This document shows positions 26,998 through 32,000 of a stretch of 32,000 nt of DNA, in pieces. The translations under genes and the position numbers were made by a program. This DNA is from Methanopyrus kandleri AV19. GTDB taxonomy: Archaea > JAADCQ01 > Methanopyri > Methanopyrales > Methanopyraceae. Where the stretch lies: positions 330,001-362,000 of the forward strand of contig NC_003551.1 of NCBI RefSeq assembly GCF_000007185.1, in the 5' to 3' direction. Under the pieces are notes generated by a model. The model saw only the letters and a list, made by a program, of their open reading frames with translations, was not told the DNA's origin and searched no databases. Within the stretch, counting starts at the first letter, position 1; every line of letters starts with the position of its first letter.

Positions 26998-28272
26998 TTG
27001 GTCGTAGTTAAGGAGGGTGAGTACGCTATTCGGGACCCCTCCCTGGCTCCGAAAGGTCGAGACATGATTGAGTGGGCTCGGGACCACATGCCGGTATTAG
27101 GGGCCATCCGTGAGCGGTTCGAAGAAGAACGGCCGCTCGAAGGTATAACCGTGGGAATGACCCTGCATCTCGAGGCCAAGACGGCCGTTCTGGTCGAAAC
27201 GCTGATGGCCGGTGGCGCCGAGGTAGCCATCACCGGATGCAATCCACTTTCGACGAAAGATGAAGTTGCGGCGGCACTCGTGGAGGAAGGAGTGCACGTA
27301 TACGCCTGGCGCGGGGAGACGGAGGAAGAGTACTACCAGAACATCGACCGGGTGCTCTCCCACGAGCCCGACATCATAGTCGACGACGGTGCCGACTGTA
27401 TCGCGCGCGTGCACACCGAGTTCCCGGACCTAGCGGAGCGCGTGATCGGGGCCACCGAGGAGACCACGACGGGCGTTAACAGACTGCACGCGATGCACAG
27501 GGAGGGCGTCCTGAAGTTCCCGGTCATCGCCGTGAACGACGCTAAGACGAAATACCTCATGGACAACCGTTACGGGACCGGACAGAGCGCGCTGGACGGA
27601 TTGATGCGGGCCACCAACATCCTCCTAGCGGGCAAGACCGTAGTGGTAGTCGGGTACGGGTGGTGCGGTCGCGGCATTGCACGTCGAGCGCGGGGCTTGG
27701 GCGCCAACGTCATAGTAGTGGAGGTAGACCCGATCAAGGCCATGGAGGCTATCTTCGACGGATTCCGAGTGATGCCGATGGACCGCGCCGCCGAGGAAGG
27801 TGACATCTTCATCACCGCTACCGGGAATCGGGATGTGATCCGTGGCGAACACATCGAAAAGATGAAGGACGGCGTCATTTTAGCCAACGCGGGTCACTTC
27901 GACGTGGAGATCGACAAGGAGTATCTCGAGGAACATTGCGAGGAAAAGATCGACCGCAGGGGTGGCCTGGTCACCGAATACCGGATGCCAGACGGTAAGA
28001 GGGTCTACCTGATCGCAGAGGGGAGACTAGTGAACCTGGCGGCCGGCGAGGGACACCCTATTGAGATCATGGACATCAGCTTCGCACTCCAAGCGCTTTC
28101 CGTCGAGGTGTTGGCGAAAGAAGGGAAGGAGATGGAACCCGGAGTGTACAAGGTACCGAAAGACGTTGACAAGCGCGTCGCTGAACTGAAGCTAGAATCC
28201 ATGGGGATCGAGTTGGAGGAACTGACACCGGAACAGCGCGAGTACATGAAGAGCTGGGAAGAAGGTACATAG
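26998..28272 (+). CDS. S-inosyl-L-homocysteine / S-adenosyl-L-homocysteine hydrolase family
   Basis: [124 protein letters not shown]. Confidence 0.95.
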   Translation: MVVVKEGEYAIRDPSLAPKGRDMIEWARDHMPVLGAIRERFEEERPLEGITVGMTLHLEAKTAVLVETLMAGGAEVAITGCNPLSTKDEVAAALVEEGVHVYAWRGETEEEYYQNIDRVLSHEPDIIVDDGADCIARVHTEFPDLAERVIGATEETTTGVNRLHAMHREGVLKFPVIAVNDAKTKYLMDNRYGTGQSALDGLMRATNILLAGKTVVVVGYGWCGRGIARRARGLGANVIVVEVDPIKAMEAIFDGFRVMPMDRAAEEGDIFITATGNRDVIRGEHIEKMKDGVILANAGHFDVEIDKEYLEEHCEEKIDRRGGLVTEYRMPDGKRVYLIAEGRLVNLAAGEGHPIEIMDISFALQALSVEVLAKEGKEMEPGVYKVPKDVDKRVAELKLESMGIELEELTPEQREYMKSWEEGT

Positions 28273-28362
28273 CGTCGAGGATCGGGCTCCGAAAAGTTAT
28301 TTTGCCAGCAATTAACAGGACCTCTCGGCGCGCGCCTTTTCAACCGAATAACGGGAGGGAAC

Positions 28363-28678
28363 GTGATGAAACTAGACGATGTCGTCAAGGAGCACGGCGT
28401 TCTCTGTGCGTTTGTTGCCACCGAGGATGGGTTCGTGGTCGACGCGGCATCCGACACCGACATAGATCCCGAGGAGAGTGCGGCTCTGGCGGCTGACCGC
28501 CGTTATGAGACTCCGAAACGTGATGAGCAGACTGGTTTTGGCGCTGAAAGAGGTCGAAGGTGGGATCATCGTCGGACTGTTGTACGATAGCAACTAGATC
28601 CCTACTGGAGCCGTCAAGTTAATTCTTCAGGAGCTTGAGGAGGAGTACAGGGGGAGAAGCGTCGAGGAGTTGCTTTGA
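28363..28678 (+). pseudogene. Decayed roadblock/LC7-like gene: one frameshift and one in-frame stop
   Basis: Frame 1 encodes MMKLDDVVKEHGVLCAFVATEDGFVVDAASDTDIDPEESAALAAD; then frame 2 continues AVMRLRNVMSRLVLALKEVEGGIIVGLLYDSN*IPTGAVKLILQELEEEYRGRSVEELL* with TAG at 28595-28597 and the final TGA at 28676-28678. Confidence 0.6.
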
Positions 28679-28699
28679 GGGCCACCACCGGGGGCGTAA

Positions 28700-29122
28700 G
28701 TGGTGGCTATCGAGATCGAAGACGTGAACGAGGTCCTACTAGCTGCATCGCTGTCAGCGCTTAAAGAGCTCGGTGAAACTCCTCATACGATCGCACTAGT
28801 CGTGAGGAGTCTGCTCGAAGACGGAGTGGAGGAGATCCCTAAGGGGTTCCTGGACGAGCTTAGGGAGGCATTGCACTCCCCTCCTGGATCCGTACAGTCG
28901 CGGAAAGGTACGAGGTACGAAATAGGTAATGAGGACGGGAATATCACCATTCGAATCGAAAGCTGTAGCTGGAAATCTATTTGTGAACTTCAGGAAGAAA
29001 TGGGACAAAAAATCTGTCCTGTAGCAATCATTATCGATGCTATATCTGAAACATTACCTATTTATATCGAATTTAACAGCAGTTCAGACTGCGTAGTTGA
29101 AGCTAAGAGGGTGAGGACATGA
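28700..29122 (+). CDS. Hypothetical protein with C-terminal four-Cys pattern
   Basis: 140 aa; ...ITIRIESCSWKSICELQEEMGQKICPVAIIIDAISE...FNSSSDCVVEAKRVRT; 3' part is AT-rich. Confidence 0.6.
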   Translation: MVAIEIEDVNEVLLAASLSALKELGETPHTIALVVRSLLEDGVEEIPKGFLDELREALHSPPGSVQSRKGTRYEIGNEDGNITIRIESCSWKSICELQEEMGQKICPVAIIIDAISETLPIYIEFNSSSDCVVEAKRVRT

Positions 29123-29355
29123 GTATTGCCAGTATCGAGCATACAATCGCGATAATGTCTACTCTTAATAAAGTAATTAAAGAGAATGACGGTTCAGTAA
29201 CACATTTCCACCTAAGTATTGTTTCGAGTAAAATAATGGAAACACAAACGGCCAAAAGACGGGTGGAACAAGTACTCGAAAACTGCAAAAAGGTGTCGAC
29301 ACTGCTGTTAAAAATGGCGAATCAAAGGTCGATATTGATGGATACATGTCGATAG
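29119..29355 (+). CDS. Small helical hypothetical protein
   Basis: 78 aa; start overlaps previous stop (ATGA-type); IEHTIAIMSTLNKVIKENDGSVTHFHLSIVSSKIMETQTAKRRVEQVLENCKKVSTLLLKMANQ. Confidence 0.55.
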   Translation: MSIASIEHTIAIMSTLNKVIKENDGSVTHFHLSIVSSKIMETQTAKRRVEQVLENCKKVSTLLLKMANQRSILMDTCR

Positions 29356-29579
29356 AATTTCGATTAGAATTCGATGATGTTATATTATGTACAATAAATG
29401 AGTGCCCTTATAGGAGATGGTGTACTAAAATATTATCGATGGTAATAGAGGGAGAGGAACTAATGGTACTGCCATGTACAATCCTCATGGAGTGCTGCCT
29501 CCAGGACTCTCATGGGGGAGTGCATAAGGTCGAACCAGATGAGAACTCCTGCGAAATCGAGATCGTGCTCAGACACTGA
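29346..29579 (+). CDS. Small four-Cys hypothetical protein, apparent relative of the C-terminal region of 28700..29122
   Basis: 77 aa; VILCTINECPYRRWCTKILSMVIEGEELMVLPCTILMECC...DENSCEIEIVLRH; overlaps previous gene. Confidence 0.55.
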   Translation: MSIEFRLEFDDVILCTINECPYRRWCTKILSMVIEGEELMVLPCTILMECCLQDSHGGVHKVEPDENSCEIEIVLRH

Positions 29580-29580
29580 G

Positions 29581-30552
29581 GTGTTCCTACCCGAGATCGA
29601 CGATCGATGTCACGAGCTGGCGGAGCGCTACGGCGTTCGGCCTTACATGGTGGCCCGATATCTGACCTTCTTAGGACGGTCCGAAACCGAGAGACTTCTG
29701 AAACATATGGAGGACATCCGTCCGGCCATTCGGACGAATACTATCTTGATAGATCCTGAAGAACTTCGACGTGTCTTGGAAGAGAAGCGAGGATTCGAGC
29801 TGAAGCGCTGCCCCGAGCCCGTGGATGTGGGGTTTTGGATCCTCAACGACCCGCCTATCTCCATCGGCGCCACCTTGGAGTACATGATGGGGTACTACGT
29901 GCCCCAGGACGCCGCTTCCATGTTACCTCCGGTCGTACTGGACCCGAAACCTGGAGATCGAGTGCTCGACGCGTGTGCGGCCCCGGGTGGGAAGACCACC
30001 CACCTGGCCCAACTCATGGACAACGAAGGCACGTTGATAGCCATCGACGTGGACCCGGACCGCATGCGGGCGTTGAAGAGCAACCTAGCCAGATGCGGTG
30101 TCGCCAACGCGGTGGCCCTCCGTATGAACGCCCTCGACTTGCCGAGCACCGACTGGGAGTTCGATCGAATCCTTCTCGACGCGCCGTGCACCGGGGAGGG
30201 AACTATCCACAAAGACCCTTCTAGGAAGACTAGCCGCGATCCGGAGGACATCGCCACGTGTGCCAGGTTACAGCGCCGCTTGATAGACGCGGTCGTAGAT
30301 GTGTTGAGACCAGGCGGTGTGCTGGTCTACTCCACCTGCACATTCTCGCCCGAAGAGAACGAGCTGATAGTGCAATACGCCGTAGATGAACACGGACTGG
30401 AGCCGGAGCCCGTGGACGTGGGGTGGGCGGACAGGGGACTACGCGTGCCGGGGGTCGAGCCGAAGGTGCGACGGACGTGCGCCCGGCTGTATCCCCACAG
30501 ACACGGTATGGGGATCTTTTTCGTCGCTAGATTACGGAAGCCCCTCAGCTAA
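29581..30552 (+). CDS. Nop2/Sun (NSUN) family tRNA/rRNA cytosine-C5 methyltransferase
   Basis: VLDACAAPGGKTTHLAQLM, DRILLDAPCTGEG, GGVLVYSTCTFSPEENE; GTG at 29581 directly after the previous gene is a likely start (ORF open from 29512). Confidence 0.93.
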   Translation: MFLPEIDDRCHELAERYGVRPYMVARYLTFLGRSETERLLKHMEDIRPAIRTNTILIDPEELRRVLEEKRGFELKRCPEPVDVGFWILNDPPISIGATLEYMMGYYVPQDAASMLPPVVLDPKPGDRVLDACAAPGGKTTHLAQLMDNEGTLIAIDVDPDRMRALKSNLARCGVANAVALRMNALDLPSTDWEFDRILLDAPCTGEGTIHKDPSRKTSRDPEDIATCARLQRRLIDAVVDVLRPGGVLVYSTCTFSPEENELIVQYAVDEHGLEPEPVDVGWADRGLRVPGVEPKVRRTCARLYPHRHGMGIFFVARLRKPLS

Positions 30553-30612
30553 GGCCCCATCGATCACCCATTAATAGCTCACCAAGGGATTCCTTCGTCA
30601 TCGGGGCGCGCA

Positions 30613-31065
30613 TTGGGAGCATTGGAGGAGTTCGAGTGGAAGCTCGCCGAACACGATGTTCCTATTCCCGTCCGTCAGGACGCTGTGGCGCTGTACCGTG
30701 TGTTACTGGAGACGGTTCGAATTTGGGGGATAGAGAGGGAGGAAGGCGTTCGGGAGAGTAGAAGCGAAGTCCGCGCACGGATCAGCTGTGAGGGACTCGA
30801 TTGCGCCGTCCTCACGAAGGTGGGTGAAGATCGGCCACAACTTCTCCTGAGAACTGTCTTGGGTCCGAGGTTGCTCGCGGAAGTGTTCGAGCGGGCACAC
30901 GAGAGCGGCGTCAGATCCTTCCACTTCGACCTTCAGGGGCGAGGATTGCGGGTAGAGGGCGAGTACGACGTGGGCATCGTTCAGATCAAGGTCGTCGGCG
31001 GGGGAGCGGGGTGGGAGCTGCTGGAGGATTTAGAGAAGAGGGGGTTCTCTGTAACTGGGTTATAG
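30613..31065 (+). CDS. Hypothetical protein
   Basis: 150 aa; EEFEWKLAEHDVPIPVRQDAVALYRVLLETVRIWGIERE... protein-like throughout. Confidence 0.65.
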   Translation: MGALEEFEWKLAEHDVPIPVRQDAVALYRVLLETVRIWGIEREEGVRESRSEVRARISCEGLDCAVLTKVGEDRPQLLLRTVLGPRLLAEVFERAHESGVRSFHFDLQGRGLRVEGEYDVGIVQIKVVGGGAGWELLEDLEKRGFSVTGL

Positions 31066-31115
31066 TCGGTCGGCAAAGGGAGAGTTCCTCACACGTTCGG
31101 ATAGCGGGGACCTCC

Positions 31116-32000
31116 TCATCCCGATGCGACGAGCTCCTCACAGAGGTCGATGAACCGTTCCCGAGCGTTGCCCCCGAAGAGTTCCTTACCTCTCTCCCCC
31201 ATACGCTTCAGGTCTTCGGGATCGATGCTCAGGGCTCGACTCACGGCTTTTACGACCTCTTCGGGGTTAGAAGCGTCTTCGGCTGCCACCGCAACACCGC
31301 GTTTCTCCAACTTCTTAGCGGTAACGTATTGATGGTCCCTGAGCACGTCCCTCCTGGGCAGAACCACCACCGGCTTCCCCAGCGCGGCGGCCTCCACGGG
31401 AGTGGCTCCCCCTAGGCACACGACGAGATCGGCTGCCTTCAACAGGGCCGGAAAATCGTGGAAGAAGCGCTTCACCACGATCCCAGAACACAGTCCATTC
31501 AGCGCTCGTTTCAAGCGCTTGGGATCCATGGCGTTCCCCGTGTTCACGACCACTTCCCAATCCCTAAGTAGCCCCTCTTCGGCGCACCTGACGAGCCCCT
31601 CCAGAGCGGGCTTGTAGCCGGCCGAGCCCGTAGTCCACACGAGTACTCGATCTCCCAGGTCGTACTTCTCCCGGGCCTCCTCCGGATCGGCCTCCTCGAA
31701 GCTCCGAGGCAACACGATACCGACGTTGATCACCCGATCGCCGTAGTACTCGGCCATATCCTCATCCCAGACTCCGATGATGTCTGCGCACAACTTCGCG
31801 ACCTTACCCGAGACGGAGACTACGTCGGTCGGCTCGTAATGTGCCACGGGTAATCGCTTGAACTTCCCGGCGATCATCGGCCCGATAGCCACACCGGCCC
31901 CCGTGGACAGGATTAGATCGGGCCGCACGTCACGGAGTACTTTGGAAGCCGCTAGGTAGTTCTTCAGCCCGCCCAGAGCGGCCTTCCAGGAGGTATCACC
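31116..32000 (-). CDS. MurG-like / glycosyltransferase family 28-type protein; continues past window edge
   Basis: ...LRDVRPDLILSTGAGVAIGPMIAGKFKRLPVAHYEP...WTTGSAGYKPALEGLVRC...FHDFPALLKAADLVVCLGGATPVEAAALGKPVVVLPRR...DHQYVTAKKLEKRGVAV. The frame remains open from 31928 to 32000. Confidence 0.85.
   Translation of the reverse strand, partial: GDTSWKAALGGLKNYLAASKVLRDVRPDLILSTGAGVAIGPMIAGKFKRLPVAHYEPTDVVSVSGKVAKLCADIIGVWDEDMAEYYGDRVINVGIVLPRSFEEADPEEAREKYDLGDRVLVWTTGSAGYKPALEGLVRCAEEGLLRDWEVVVNTGNAMDPKRLKRALNGLCSGIVVKRFFHDFPALLKAADLVVCLGGATPVEAAALGKPVVVLPRRDVLRDHQYVTAKKLEKRGVAVAAEDASNPEEVVKAVSRALSIDPEDLKRMGERGKELFGGNARERFIDLCEELVASG

Noticed and set aside
26787-27242. N-terminal extension of the ORF 25449..27242
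   Set aside because: Low-quality Arg/Pro/Ser-rich translation partly antisense to the 26998..28272 gene; a signal peptide begins near GTG 26786.
28880-29520. Insertion sequence or integrated plasmid as cause of the AT-rich island
   Set aside because: No transposase-like ORF, terminal inverted repeats, target duplications or tRNA attachment site seen.

Overview
The window reads as a stretch of a hyperthermophilic methanogen chromosome. The strongly acidic proteins, roughly 60% GC, archaeal family set and methanogen markers point to Methanopyrus kandleri or a close relative; this is inferred from protein character, with no database search. It is densely coding, with many GTG/TTG starts and overlapping gene ends. 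Recognisable genes: glnA (partial), an archaeosine-type radical SAM protein, endA, trpS, a THUMP-FtsJ RNA methyltransferase, an EhaR-like HAD protein, a COG3044 ABC-class ATPase, DUF504, a methanogenesis marker 11-like protein, DUF2103-like, hmgA, a TusA-DsrE-like fusion, a COG1900/methanogenesis marker 16-like protein, an M29-type aminopeptidase, ribC, the guaA ATP-pyrophosphatase subunit, hisA, hisG, a DadD/MtaD-type deaminase, an S-inosyl/adenosylhomocysteine hydrolase, a Nop2/Sun RNA m5C methyltransferase and a partial MurG-like glycosyltransferase. I saw no rRNA, tRNA, CRISPR array or transposon. Best leads: (1) an AT-rich island at about 28.9-29.5 kb with a decayed roadblock/LC7-like gene and overlapping small genes, two of which share a four-Cys pattern; (2) a GC-rich, strongly foldable intergenic segment at 16.4-16.55 kb with mutually exclusive helices; (3) a repeated CGATTGT operator-like site upstream of the TusA-DsrE gene; (4) a compact set of two exported proteins plus a COG3044 ATPase; (5) a trpS gene with no canonical start codon for its conserved N-terminus.
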